Program-made: the position numbers and the translations under genes | Assembly: GCA_016926185.1 (NCBI GenBank) | Contig: JAFGPD010000042.1 | Coordinates: 1,985-65,984 of the forward strand | DNA: 64,000 nucleotides | Source: Candidatus Woesebacteria bacterium | Lineage (GTDB): Bacteria > Patescibacteriota > Microgenomatia > UBA8517 | Reading direction: 5' to 3' | Shown here: positions 16,416 to 26,057 of the stretch, piece by piece | Position numbering within the stretch: the first letter of the stretch is position 1 | How the letters are laid out: each line of letters starts with the position of its first letter | The notes under the pieces: generated by a model | Databases searched by the model: none | The model's input: the letters and a program-made list of their open reading frames with translations, nothing else | Told to the model about the DNA's origin: nothing

Positions 16416-18146
16416 TTAATTAACAGGGGCCGTACCTCTTAAGAACTTTGCCTGCCAGGGTTGGAAGTTGGAATAAAAAGTCTTTTCAAAAAGCACTTCT
16501 CCGTCTTTTTCTACTTTATAATCAAAATTTACTTTTGCGCCCCATGCTTTCCAATCAATTTGTTTAATTTGTCCTTGAGGAAGTGTCGGATCATCGATGT
16601 AAAGATCTTCGGGTGGGGGAGTTGAGCTGGTTATTACGGGTTCTGTCATTGTGACAACCCTACCGTCATTTGTCCCATACATTTCAAAATCCAAAGTTGA
16701 TTGCTGTGGGTCGTAAACAGTTTGAATTAAAATATGTCCGGGTGTGTTATTTTTGATTTTAAGATCGGTTGTCGGTGCATACACGGTTGCGTCTATTCCT
16801 GGAGGGTAACCTTGTTCGTAGTAAGTTACTCTGTACGAATGAGCACGTCTTTCAATAATCGGCAGACCTGCATTTAAAGCAGCCCGGAAGAGAGTTGTTG
16901 ACACTTGACATACTCCGCCTCCATCTCCAAGCAGTGTCTGTCCGTCTTTTATGACATATGCTTTTTGGTAACCTGTAAGCTCCGATATGTCTCCCACTGT
17001 GTTATTAAAAGACAAAATTCCGCCAGGTTTTATTAATGTACCGTTAAATTTATCTGCGGCTACACCAATATTATGAATCCTTGAAGATATTGAACCACGA
17101 AAAGTTGAAGAACCTTTAGCTATCAGTTCTTTGATCCCTAAATCATTAACTTGGTCTGTTGTTATCTCAGGAGGGATGGTTTTGTACACAACTTCAACTT
17201 CAATATTATCAATCAAAGATCCAGTCAGTTGTAAAAGAGCACTAGATATGTCTTCCGACAACTTGAGTTCATCTATAATAATTCCATCTCTGGAAGGAAT
17301 GAATTCTTTAATTGAACCGTTTATGTATTCGAATACTGAGTTTTGAGGTTTAATGTTTTGATTTTGAGAAAAAGTGATAACGAAATAGTCGATATTTTCA
17401 GTTTGGGGCTGTCCTTTGTAGTTAAGAAGCGAAAGAATTTCATTAGTTGTCAGAGTGACTTCTGTGTCATCAATTAACAAAATAATGGTTTTATTTTTCA
17501 GGGAGTCTGCAAGAGTGCGAAATTCATTTATCTGCTCGCTTGTTAAAGTGGGATCAATCTCAGTTAATTTTATGGGGATTGGTCTAAAGTCAGCGTTTGA
17601 TATTGCATTGTCGATCTCTGATATTAGTTTCCCCAAGTCTATACTTGTACCTTTGTCGCCGGGATTGATTATAACTTCACCAGCTTCGATACGGGCACTT
17701 GGATACACCGGTTCGTCCGTTACTCTTGCTGAAATCGCAGACAATAAACCTTCCAATTTCTGTCTGTTGTACGTATAGACAATTTCCATGTCGTGTTGTG
17801 TAAACAGTGAATTCAGGAATCCTTTAATGTAGTCAATGATGTTTCCGTTCCGGTAAAATGAATATGTGACTAAAACGGTTTTTTCAATATCATATTCCAG
17901 ATCGAAATCCTCTGTATTGATTTCAAATTTTTTGTCGTGAGACACTAGCTCTAAAGAGTCGGGGGAGGAGAATTTCTCTGACAAAATGTTTGTTGCCTGT
18001 TTTGTAGAAATTGAGGACACATTAAGGCCGCTTATATAGAAGTTTGGAAAGATCTTACCGTGTATCAAGTTTGCTGATATAAATAAAACAGCACTTATAA
18101 AAAGCGAAATTACGATTAAAATAATTAGGATCAGCTTTTTTTTCAT
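16416..18146 (-). CDS. VanW-family protein with peptidoglycan-binding (YoaR-like) region
   Basis: N-terminal TM; motifs RIHNI, SFNNTVG, GGGVCQVSTTLFRA, ERRAHS and GIDATV. Confidence 0.85.
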   Translation of the reverse strand: MKKKLILIILIVISLFISAVLFISANLIHGKIFPNFYISGLNVSSISTKQATNILSEKFSSPDSLELVSHDKKFEINTEDFDLEYDIEKTVLVTYSFYRNGNIIDYIKGFLNSLFTQHDMEIVYTYNRQKLEGLLSAISARVTDEPVYPSARIEAGEVIINPGDKGTSIDLGKLISEIDNAISNADFRPIPIKLTEIDPTLTSEQINEFRTLADSLKNKTIILLIDDTEVTLTTNEILSLLNYKGQPQTENIDYFVITFSQNQNIKPQNSVFEYINGSIKEFIPSRDGIIIDELKLSEDISSALLQLTGSLIDNIEVEVVYKTIPPEITTDQVNDLGIKELIAKGSSTFRGSISSRIHNIGVAADKFNGTLIKPGGILSFNNTVGDISELTGYQKAYVIKDGQTLLGDGGGVCQVSTTLFRAALNAGLPIIERRAHSYRVTYYEQGYPPGIDATVYAPTTDLKIKNNTPGHILIQTVYDPQQSTLDFEMYGTNDGRVVTMTEPVITSSTPPPEDLYIDDPTLPQGQIKQIDWKAWGAKVNFDYKVEKDGEVLFEKTFYSNFQPWQAKFLRGTAPVN

Positions 18147-18360
18147 ATTCTTTTATGATCGATCTATTTAACTTAGTTAAAGTATAACAGCGAGTTTCAA
18201 TATACCGTGGACATAATGAAACAGTGGTATATATAATTAAACTACAGATATTAATATAATAGTAGATTAAGGAACTATTTATACAAATAGTGATTTTATT
18301 GTTTAAGGCAAATAACTTTTTATTTGATGCTAATATACTATTTCTCAAAAACCAATTAAT

Positions 18361-19905
18361 ATGACAGACCAACCGGCAATATCTGAAGACAATAAGGCAA
18401 CCATGCAAAAAAAAGATAATGTTAATGAGTCAGTTAAGATTAAAAGTGGGGATTTATTTTCAAATTTTACGCTTTTGAATTTTTTGAGACCAAAGTCGGC
18501 AACCAAAATTCCAAAAGAAGTTACAGGAAAAATCCAAAAACCTGTAATTAAAAATCCAGCTATTTCCAAGAAACCATTTACTAAAAGTAGCATCTCAAAA
18601 AAGAAGATCTTTATTATAATATTGCTTTTTCTGTTTTTAATCATTTTGCTTTTGCTGGTTGCGGTTGCGATTAGAAATAAACCGGAAAAAACTGTTGGAG
18701 AGCGAGGGAAAATTACATGGTGGGGGCAAAGAGATGCGAACTTGGTTCAGCCTCTTATTGACAAGTTCGAAGAAGAAAATCCCGGGGTGAATGTTGTATA
18801 TCAAAAACAGGAACCTATAGACTATAGAATCAGGCTTCAGAATTTGATCAAAAAAGGTCAAGCTCCGGACATATTCACTCTTCATAACACTTGGGCACCT
18901 ATGTTTAGAGAAAACTTGGATGTGCTGCCTCCCAGCGTAATGGAAAAAGATCGCTACAATAGCATTTTTTATCCTGCGATAATCAGCAGTTTAACGAGTT
19001 CTAAAGGAATTGTGGGTGTACCTCTTGGGTATGATGCTTTGGTTTTATACATCAGCCAGGATCTGTTTTCGACTGCCTTTGCCCAGCCACCGCAGACATG
19101 GGATGATTTTTGGCAATTAGCAGATCATTTAAAAGATGTTTATAATGACCGCATTATCCAAGCTGGTGCGGCGATGGGATTGACTGGTAATGTTGAGCAT
19201 TGGCAGGAGATAATTGCTCTTTTGATGATCCAAAACGAGGTCAATCTTTATCAACCTGCTGGCCAGAGAGCACAGGCAGTTTTGGATTATTACACTTCAT
19301 TTACCGGTAAAAAAGCAAAGATATGGGACGAAACACTTCCGGAATCGGTGATCGCATTTGCGAACAAAAAGGTCGCAATGATATTGGCACCCACATATAG
19401 GGCAAATGATATTAGAAAGATCAATCCCGACCTCAGGTTTTATACTGTACCGGTTCCTCAAATACCTCAGGATCAACCCGAGAATCCTGATATCACTTAT
19501 GCAACTTTTTGGTTCGAAGGCGTTTGGAATAGATCGGTAAACAATGATATTGCGTGGGAACTTCTCAATTTTTTGACTGAAAGAGACAATCTGGTTGAAC
19601 TTTCCAATAACTATCAAGCAAATGGATTAATACCTGAGGCTTTTCCTAGAAAAGATATGAGAGTTCTAATAAAAGACAATTCAATATTGGGATCTGCTGT
19701 AAATTTGGCAGACCACTCTGTAAGCTGGTTTTTGGCTGATGATACTTCAGATGGAGAAGGCGGGATCAATTCACAGTTATCTTCGGTTTTTGCAAGCGGT
19801 GTGACTGAAAGCTTGAGAGGTAACAAAAAATCTGCTGAGATCGTTTCCGGGCAGCTACCCTCTGTTCTTTCAAAATATGGTTTGGTTTCTTCCCAAACTC
19901 GGTAA
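18361..19905 (+). CDS. Membrane-anchored sugar-type extracellular solute-binding protein
   Basis: TM helix followed by ITWWG, FEEENPGVNV, APDIF, PQTWDDF and AWELLNFL; no permease genes adjacent. Confidence 0.8.
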   Translation: MTDQPAISEDNKATMQKKDNVNESVKIKSGDLFSNFTLLNFLRPKSATKIPKEVTGKIQKPVIKNPAISKKPFTKSSISKKKIFIIILLFLFLIILLLLVAVAIRNKPEKTVGERGKITWWGQRDANLVQPLIDKFEEENPGVNVVYQKQEPIDYRIRLQNLIKKGQAPDIFTLHNTWAPMFRENLDVLPPSVMEKDRYNSIFYPAIISSLTSSKGIVGVPLGYDALVLYISQDLFSTAFAQPPQTWDDFWQLADHLKDVYNDRIIQAGAAMGLTGNVEHWQEIIALLMIQNEVNLYQPAGQRAQAVLDYYTSFTGKKAKIWDETLPESVIAFANKKVAMILAPTYRANDIRKINPDLRFYTVPVPQIPQDQPENPDITYATFWFEGVWNRSVNNDIAWELLNFLTERDNLVELSNNYQANGLIPEAFPRKDMRVLIKDNSILGSAVNLADHSVSWFLADDTSDGEGGINSQLSSVFASGVTESLRGNKKSAEIVSGQLPSVLSKYGLVSSQTR

Positions 19906-20048
19906 TACAGCAATAAAGTCATTCTTCGTCAGCCAGATTTTAAAAAGAGTGTACACAAGGTTGAATAGAGCGAGTACTTATGTCTAGAGTTTTGGTTTTT
20001 TGATATCCTGACATTGCGATGTTTAAGTTCATGAAAATAAATTACTTC

Positions 20049-20103
20049 TTGACAAAACCAAAATGTATTGATTAAAATAGCACTCGTAAATATTGAATGC
20101 TAA
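20049..20103 (+). promoter_or_regulatory. groESL promoter and CIRCE (HrcA operator)
   Basis: TTGACA 20049-20054 and TAAAAT 20073-20078; ATAGCACTC-N9-GAATGCTAA at 20077-20103. Confidence 0.85.
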
Positions 20104-20118
20104 ATTTACTATAGTACT

Positions 20119-20448
20119 ATGTCAGCTAAGAAAAATAATTCCGTCAGAAAAAGCAAAGTTAAGAATCTTTCACTTGCCCCGGGGTATGTATTAATTGAAC
20201 CATTGGAAGCAGAAACAAAAACAGCCTCAGGAATTTATCTTCCCGAGAATGTATCTGAAAAACCCCAAAAAGGAAAAGTACTATCAGTAGGTGGTATTTT
20301 GGTCACAGAATATGGTGCCAAGATAGAACCTCCCGCAAAAATAGGAGACATTGTGATCTATAAAAAATGGGGTGGCAATGAGGTTAAAATGGGAGGCAAA
20401 GAATATCTGTTCACAAAATTTGAGGACATATTGGCAATAGAGAAATGA
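20119..20448 (+). CDS. groES: Co-chaperonin GroES
   Basis: Motifs [17 protein letters not shown] and EDILA. Confidence 0.96.
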   Translation: MSAKKNNSVRKSKVKNLSLAPGYVLIEPLEAETKTASGIYLPENVSEKPQKGKVLSVGGILVTEYGAKIEPPAKIGDIVIYKKWGGNEVKMGGKEYLFTKFEDILAIEK

Positions 20449-20449
20449 T

Positions 20450-22078
20450 ATGGCAAAACAACTAAAATTTTCAGATGATGCAAGACAAGCCTTAATGGCA
20501 GGTATAGATATTGTCGCAAAAGCGGTCGTCACGACTTTAGGGCCGAAGGGAAGAAATATTGCTCTTGATAAAAAGTACGGTGCGCCAAACATCGTTCATG
20601 ACGGGGTGACTGTAGCAAAAGAGATAGATCTTGAAGATCCGTTCGAGAATATGGGTGCACAGCTTGTAAAAGAGGCAGCTGATAAAACCAATGACGCTGC
20701 AGGTGACGGTACAACCACAGCCACACTTCTGGCACAAACGATGTCTGCAATAGGAATGAAAAATATCACAAGCGGAGCTAATCCAATGGTTGTCAAAAAA
20801 GGAATAGAAAAAGCTGTTGAAGCTGTCGTTAAAGAGCTCCAAAAAATTGCAAAACCGATAAAAAGCCAACAAGAGATCGAGCAGGTTGCCACAATTTCTG
20901 CCGGCGATAAAACAATTGGAGTAAAGATCGCTGAAGCTTTGGAAAAGATAGGCAAAGACGGAGTTGTCTCAGTTGAAGAAGGAAAAGGTTTGACCTTGGA
21001 TATTGAATATAAAGAAGGAATGGAATTCGACAGGGGATATGTCTCACCTTATTTTGTCACCGATCCGGAAAGGATGGAGGCAGAGGTGGAGGATGCTTAT
21101 GTTCTTATAACTGATAAAAAGATCAGCTCAGTTCAAGACATGCTACCTTTTTTGGAGAAATTTGTAAAGGTCAGCAAGGATCTGGTTATTATTGCCGATG
21201 AGTTGGAAGGCGAAGCGCTTGCCACCTTGGTGGTCAATAAGCTCAAAGGTACTTTCAATGTGCTGGCAGTGAAAGCGCCAGGCTTTGGTGACAGGAGAAA
21301 AGAAATGCTTGAGGATATTGCAATTCTCACAGGTGGTTCTGTGATAAGCGAAGATACCGGCAAAAGTTTTGAAAATATTGAAGTTACCGATCTTGGTCAA
21401 GCCGATAAGGTATGGTCTGATAAAGAAAACACTCAAATCATTGGCGGGAAAGGTGCAAGCGGAAAGATCAAAGCACGAGTGGCTCTTTTGAGAAGGCAGA
21501 TCAATGAAAGCGACTCTGAGTTTGATAAAGAAAAACTGGAAGAAAGGCTGGCGAAGCTTTCAGGAGGAGTTGCACAGATAAATGTTGGTGCCGCAACAGA
21601 GATTGAACTTAACGAAAAGAAAGAAAGGGTCAAAGACGCGGTTGGTGCAACTAAAGCAGCAGTTGATGAAGGAATAGTTCCAGGCGGTGGGGTCGCTCTT
21701 CTTGCTTCTGTGAAAGCACTCGATTCGGTTGAAGCAGAAACCGAAGATGAAAAGGTCGGAATAGATATTGTCAGATATGCCTTAGAACAGCCGTTAAGAT
21801 GGCTTGCTAAAAATGCCGGAGAAGATGATGGGTACGTTCTCAGGAAAGTGTTAGATTCGAAAGACAGTGACTATGGTTATAATGCTCTCACTGGCGAATT
21901 CGGCTCAATGACAAAGTTTGGGATAATAGATCCTTTGAAAGTCACAAGATCAGCTCTCCAAAATGCAGCATCCGTTGCAATGATGGTTTTGACAACTGAG
22001 GGTCTAGTTACAGATTTGCCGGAAAAAGAGGACAAGATGCCACCAATGCCGGGTGGTGGGATGGGTATGGGAATGTAA
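20450..22078 (+). CDS. groEL: Chaperonin GroEL
   Basis: Motifs [17 protein letters not shown] and GDGTTTAT; GGM tail. Confidence 0.99.
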   Translation: MAKQLKFSDDARQALMAGIDIVAKAVVTTLGPKGRNIALDKKYGAPNIVHDGVTVAKEIDLEDPFENMGAQLVKEAADKTNDAAGDGTTTATLLAQTMSAIGMKNITSGANPMVVKKGIEKAVEAVVKELQKIAKPIKSQQEIEQVATISAGDKTIGVKIAEALEKIGKDGVVSVEEGKGLTLDIEYKEGMEFDRGYVSPYFVTDPERMEAEVEDAYVLITDKKISSVQDMLPFLEKFVKVSKDLVIIADELEGEALATLVVNKLKGTFNVLAVKAPGFGDRRKEMLEDIAILTGGSVISEDTGKSFENIEVTDLGQADKVWSDKENTQIIGGKGASGKIKARVALLRRQINESDSEFDKEKLEERLAKLSGGVAQINVGAATEIELNEKKERVKDAVGATKAAVDEGIVPGGGVALLASVKALDSVEAETEDEKVGIDIVRYALEQPLRWLAKNAGEDDGYVLRKVLDSKDSDYGYNALTGEFGSMTKFGIIDPLKVTRSALQNAASVAMMVLTTEGLVTDLPEKEDKMPPMPGGGMGMGM

Positions 22079-22171
22079 TCCCCGAAATTAAACTTCACAA
22101 AATTTCATAATTTCTTCAACACGAGACTGGTAATTGATAATTCCATTTTATAATTTTGTATAATACGTACT

Positions 22172-22618
22172 ATGAAAAGACAAAAGCTTCAAATGTTACT
22201 GGATGCGGTTGAGTCTGAACTGTCTAAGGCAGCTTTGCATTATAAAGAAAATAAGATCGCTTCCGAAAAAATGAATGAAACAACCCGTACTTCCTGGTCA
22301 GCAGCAGGGGATAGAGAGTATGCGAAAGATCAGGAGGAAGTCACGAAAATGAACTTAGACATGCTTAAAAACTTATCTAAGGAGCTTAAAAAAGCCGTTA
22401 ATAATAAATATCCAGACAAGATCGAACCCCCATGTTTTGTAAGAGTTCATATTGATGGAGAGGATATTGAATTTTACTTGGTAGAAAATGTTGCCTCAGT
22501 CGAAGGTTTTAAGATTGTGTCTATAAGTTCACCTGTAGGTAAAGAGCTTCTGAAAAAGAAAAAATACGACATTTATAAATATACCGATATAAAGGGTAAA
22601 ATAATCGGTATTGAGTAG
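22172..22618 (+). CDS. GreA/GreB-like protein (divergent)
   Basis: N-terminal coiled coil with AAGDREY and a C-terminal VSISSPVGKELL signature. Confidence 0.6.
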   Translation: MKRQKLQMLLDAVESELSKAALHYKENKIASEKMNETTRTSWSAAGDREYAKDQEEVTKMNLDMLKNLSKELKKAVNNKYPDKIEPPCFVRVHIDGEDIEFYLVENVASVEGFKIVSISSPVGKELLKKKKYDIYKYTDIKGKIIGIE

Positions 22619-22649
22619 TATTTAATATTACTTACTTTTACTAATAAAA

Positions 22650-23384
22650 ATGAATATTGCTGAAATTTTTAGAATAAAAAAGACTGGTAATTCAACACCA
22701 GATCCACTACAAAAAGAATTATCGAAAGTGCAATATGCAATTTCGAAACGTAGTAGAGAAGACCCATATTATAATCAGCTTTTAACAAATCTCGAAATTG
22801 CACAATATTTTGGGCTTGAAGGGGAGTATATAGTGCATTCTTGTAGAGATCTGGCAGAGTTAGCTTATGATCCAACGGGAGACAATTTCGTTAAAAAACA
22901 AACTTGGATGAGGGCAAAAGAAACAGTTTATATGAGAGAGAGAACAAGCGGAAGGATGATAACTATGAAGTTGTATCCACAGTATTATGCTGCTATCCAA
23001 AGAGGCTTTAAGACCTTTGAAGGAAGAGCATACGACCCACAATCCTCTAAAAGATATGCTGACATAAAAAAGGGGGATGCCATCTTGTTTGAAGTAAACA
23101 AAGAAATTGAAAATTGGGAAGAAGAATGCAAACATTTAAGTATTGATCCTGATAAACGATTAGAGACTGATGTTGGTCAGGTGTTTTACGGTGCCTTAGT
23201 TCATGAGGTTTTTCAGATGTGTCCAAGATTAGGCGTTGAGTTCCAACCCATGATTTCCGGACCATCAGAGCTGATAAATCTACAAAGAGCAGCTGTGTAT
23301 TATTCTTTTCCTGAATATAGTAGAAGAATTAGTGAAAATGGCTTCATCGGTATAGAAGTACTAAATCCTAGACTTGTAGATTAG
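22650..23384 (+). CDS. ASCH-domain protein with an unknown N-terminal domain
   Basis: MKLYPQYYAAIQRGFKTFEGR and IKKGDAILF match the ASCH GxKxxExR motif. Confidence 0.7.
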   Translation: MNIAEIFRIKKTGNSTPDPLQKELSKVQYAISKRSREDPYYNQLLTNLEIAQYFGLEGEYIVHSCRDLAELAYDPTGDNFVKKQTWMRAKETVYMRERTSGRMITMKLYPQYYAAIQRGFKTFEGRAYDPQSSKRYADIKKGDAILFEVNKEIENWEEECKHLSIDPDKRLETDVGQVFYGALVHEVFQMCPRLGVEFQPMISGPSELINLQRAAVYYSFPEYSRRISENGFIGIEVLNPRLVD

Positions 23385-23408
23385 CGCTTGTTTTAAAAAT
23401 ATTCCAAA

Positions 23409-24074
23409 TTATGGAAGTAATGTGAAGGGATTGATTGGATAGTTATGGTCTCGAATTTCTAGGTGTAAATGATCACCATATGCTCTTCCGGTTGCACCCA
23501 TTGCTCCTATTACAGTATGGATATCTACCATTTGATCCCTTTCTACGAATATTTGTGACAAGTGAGCATACAAAGAGGTTATGTCATTACCGTGATCGAT
23601 AAGTATTGCATTTCCGTAAGCATATTTTGAATATTGTATACCCGTAACCTTTCCTGAAAGGATAGGATAGATCGGGTCACCAGTGACACCATCGAGATCG
23701 ATCCCGGGATGATAAAACTTATATCCTTGAGTAATTCTAATGTTTTCCGTAGGATATCTTATTCCGCTTTCTGTGGTCATGACAACAGGCGCTTTTGCGA
23801 TAAAATTCTCATTAGCTTCTTCTGAAAAACCATTAGACGAGGGAATGTATGAGGTTGCTATGGCAAAAACAGCCAAGTTCATTCCCAGAAATCTTTTGAT
23901 TTTCTTGTGTTCAAAAATATGGCGGAAGAACCTGGAGAATTTACTGCCTGTCCGGATGCGGCGGATATCTTCCAGTTTGGGAAGCAAAGGGTCATTTTGG
24001 GAATCACCGCGCCTTTTGACTAGTGTAAGGTCAATTCTCCTTTTGGCCGGCAGATTTAATGATAGTTTTATCAT
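23409..24074 (-). CDS. M23 family metallopeptidase
   Basis: Motifs HPGIDL, YGNAILIDH, LYAHL and HLHLE. Confidence 0.9.
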   Translation of the reverse strand: MIKLSLNLPAKRRIDLTLVKRRGDSQNDPLLPKLEDIRRIRTGSKFSRFFRHIFEHKKIKRFLGMNLAVFAIATSYIPSSNGFSEEANENFIAKAPVVMTTESGIRYPTENIRITQGYKFYHPGIDLDGVTGDPIYPILSGKVTGIQYSKYAYGNAILIDHGNDITSLYAHLSQIFVERDQMVDIHTVIGAMGATGRAYGDHLHLEIRDHNYPINPFTLLP

Positions 24075-24142
24075 GATACTCTGTTTCTTTCTCTCGCCCA
24101 GAGCTTCAGCGAGTTTGTCTGAACCTTTTTGATTTAGACAGA

Positions 24143-24172
24143 AAAAATCTAAAGCAGGTGCTTTAGATTTTT
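24143..24172. terminator. Perfect 13-bp hairpin with A/U tracts in the 5' leader of the M23 gene
   Basis: AAAAATCTAAAGC-AGGT-GCTTTAGATTTTT. Confidence 0.6.
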
Positions 24173-24219
24173 ATATTGTAAATTCCTTAAAAATCGTTAT
24201 TTTATTAAGAACAGAAGGT

Positions 24220-24248
24220 ATTTTAGGGGGGTGATTAAGATATGTCAA
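24220..24248 (-). promoter_or_regulatory. Sigma70-type promoter for the M23 gene leader
   Basis: Minus strand TTGACA (24243-24248), 17 bp, TAAAAT (24220-24225). Confidence 0.7.
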
Positions 24249-24351
24249 GGAAACCTTCGGGTTATGTGCGGAAAGAATTATAGGATAATTCTTCAGACAA
24301 TAATTACACAAGTCTGATGTTAGACAATAATATTTGGGTATAATTAATTTA

Positions 24352-25086
24352 ATGAAAAATGCACTTGTCCTACACGGCTGGCCACAATATGATATTAGTG
24401 ACCACTTTTTGTGTAACTATTTAAGAAAATCAGGATACAAAGTATTTCCCCCCAACTTGTTTTCAGAAGACTTTCTTTTAACAGTAGAAAATATTTTAGA
24501 AGAGGTTGAGACACAAATGGTCAAAGAAAAACCTGACTTAATAATTGGAATATCAATGGGGGGGCTGATTGTCCCTTATTTTGCAGAAAAATATCCTGTA
24601 TCAAAGTTGGTGTTTATTTCCTCAGGACCCAAGTTAGAAGCTAGGTCAAAAGGGTTTAATTTAATGATAAGTGTTGCAAATTTGTTGTTGAGGGTGAAGA
24701 TGTTTTCGTTCTTGATTAAATTACCAGATTTTATTTTCAAATTCTTTTATAAGTTATCGAACCCTTTCAATGGTAACGAAGATGATAGAGGTTTATATGA
24801 AGAGGATGCGGAGGAAAATATAAGTTACATAAAAAGCATTTCGCTATCCAAAGAGAGAGAAATTCTAAATTTTGTATTGGGAATAGACAATACTGATCTA
24901 TTGGTAAATCTGGAAAATGAAACTCTTATCTTTAGTGGGGAAAAGGATCTGCTGATGACAAAGGGTAATGGAGTGAAGTTGCACAAACTATTAAGAAATA
25001 GTGAACTGGTAGTAAACAGTGGTGGTCATTTCAACTCATTTACCGAAAAAGATCTACTAAAATTCGATAGATTTATCAAAAACTGA
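24352..25086 (+). CDS. Alpha/beta hydrolase
   Basis: LVLHGW, GISMGG nucleophile elbow, GEKD and GGH. Start placed at the ATG at 24352. Confidence 0.85.
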   Translation: MKNALVLHGWPQYDISDHFLCNYLRKSGYKVFPPNLFSEDFLLTVENILEEVETQMVKEKPDLIIGISMGGLIVPYFAEKYPVSKLVFISSGPKLEARSKGFNLMISVANLLLRVKMFSFLIKLPDFIFKFFYKLSNPFNGNEDDRGLYEEDAEENISYIKSISLSKEREILNFVLGIDNTDLLVNLENETLIFSGEKDLLMTKGNGVKLHKLLRNSELVVNSGGHFNSFTEKDLLKFDRFIKN

Positions 25087-25134
25087 GACTGAAATAAGTT
25101 TTTTTCTTATTTATTCTCAAGCTAACCAATTGAA

Positions 25135-25148
25135 GCCAGGACGGGAAT
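25135..25148 (-). repeat. Direct repeat of the tRNA-Cys 3' end (possible att scar)
   Basis: GCCAGGACGGGAAT is identical to 25213-25226. Confidence 0.55.
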
Positions 25149-25210
25149 TGTTACGCACTCATTGCAGAGTTGCGATACTAAGATTCACAAAGTGGACTTG
25201 ATCTTACGAG

Positions 25211-25282
25211 AGGCCAGGACGGGAATCGAACCCGTGCATCGCGGTTTTGCAGACCGCAGCGTTTCCACTTCGCCACCTGGCC
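25211..25282 (-). tRNA. tRNA-Cys(GCA), CCA not encoded
   Basis: Acceptor GGCCAGG/CCTGGCC, anticodon arm GCGGT-CTGCAAA-ACCGC, T-loop GGTTCGATTCC, discriminator U. Confidence 0.95.
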
Positions 25283-25318
25283 GATGATTAGTATTTTACA
25301 ACAAATAGCTTGTTAAAG

Positions 25319-25356
25319 AAAAAACCCGTTTAGAAATGTAACTAAACGGGTTTTTT
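25319..25356 (-). terminator. Intrinsic terminator downstream of Hsp20 (bidirectional shape)
   Basis: AAAAAACCCGTTTAG-N8-CTAAACGGGTTTTTT. Confidence 0.85.
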
Positions 25357-25372
25357 AATAACCTTACAAAGA

Positions 25373-25780
25373 TCACTCTTTTTTCTTGGATTTTGCCTTT
25401 ACAGTGATCTTTCTTGGTCTTGCAGCTTCAGTTTTGGGAATGTTGAGTGTAAGTACTCCATCCTCGATTTCTGCCTCGGCCATGTCCCATTGTCCACCTG
25501 ATAGAGCTGCAGTGTAGTAATATTGATAACTCCCAAAGCTATATTCGTCTTTACCTTTCTTTTCCTCAGACTTTTCTGCCTTGATGGTCAGAACTCCGTC
25601 TTCGATATGAACCTCGACATCCTTGGAAGGGACTCCTGCAACAACAGCTTCAACGATTATATTTTTTTCACCTTCATGGATCTTAAGACCTCTTTGTGAG
25701 GATGAAAAATCAAAGTCTTCAATCCAACGTGGAAAAGTAAAAAGATTTCGGAAAGGATCTCTTTTAACTATATCTGTCAT
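25373..25780 (-). CDS. Hsp20/alpha-crystallin small heat shock protein
   Basis: VLTIKAEK, AEIEDGVLTLNIPK and RKITV motifs; strong SD GGAGGTG; upstream CIRCE. Confidence 0.93.
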   Translation of the reverse strand: MTDIVKRDPFRNLFTFPRWIEDFDFSSSQRGLKIHEGEKNIIVEAVVAGVPSKDVEVHIEDGVLTIKAEKSEEKKGKDEYSFGSYQYYYTAALSGGQWDMAEAEIEDGVLTLNIPKTEAARPRKITVKAKSKKKE

Positions 25781-25798
25781 GTTTAATCACCTCCCTTC

Positions 25799-25859
25799 GT
25801 CCTCCTTCGTGTTGAATCTTCGGAGGGTATGACCCTCCATAGCTTCAGCGGAGGAGAGT
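25799..25859. repeat. Inverted doublet of the 28-bp palindromic element in the Hsp20 leader
   Basis: GTCCTCC TTC GTGTTGAATC TTC GGAGGGT (25799-25828) and, on the minus strand, ACTCTCC TCC GCT GA AGC TAT GGAGGGT (25832-25859). Confidence 0.7.
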
Positions 25860-25939
25860 TTTTTATTCTTTGCTTTTCTAATTCAAGTATGATTATCATT
25901 TGAATTGGCTTCGGAGGGCAAGCCTCCTTGAAACTTATG

Positions 25940-25998
25940 TTAGCACTCAAACCTCTCAACTGCTAATTTATATTAATGGGGGAGAGCAATATTGTCAA
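25940..25998 (-). promoter_or_regulatory. Hsp20 promoter and CIRCE
   Basis: TTAGCACTC-N9-AACTGCTAA at 25940-25966; minus strand TTGACA (25993-25998), 17 bp, TAATAT (25970-25975). Confidence 0.85.
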
Positions 25999-26020
25999 GG
26001 GTATTTATTGGATATTTGGT

Positions 26021-26049
26021 TTGACGCTAAGTTAAGCCTTTGGTAAACT
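26021..26049 (+). promoter_or_regulatory. Promoter of the PEGA-domain gene
   Basis: TTGACG, 17 bp, TAAACT; the GTG start lies 8 nt downstream. Confidence 0.65.
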
Positions 26050-26057
26050 CTTAAGTC

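Noticed and set aside
16416-18146. VanW as evidence of a vancomycin-resistance cluster
   Set aside because: No vanHAX or vanRS genes nearby; VanW domains are widespread.
20284-22098. Multiple antisense ORFs over groES/groEL, and similar ones over other core genes
   Set aside because: Typical codon-bias shadows with no independent motifs.
24253-24264. AACC-TTCG-GGTT tetraloop hairpin as part of an ncRNA
   Set aside because: Only a 4-bp stem with no supporting structure; could be chance.
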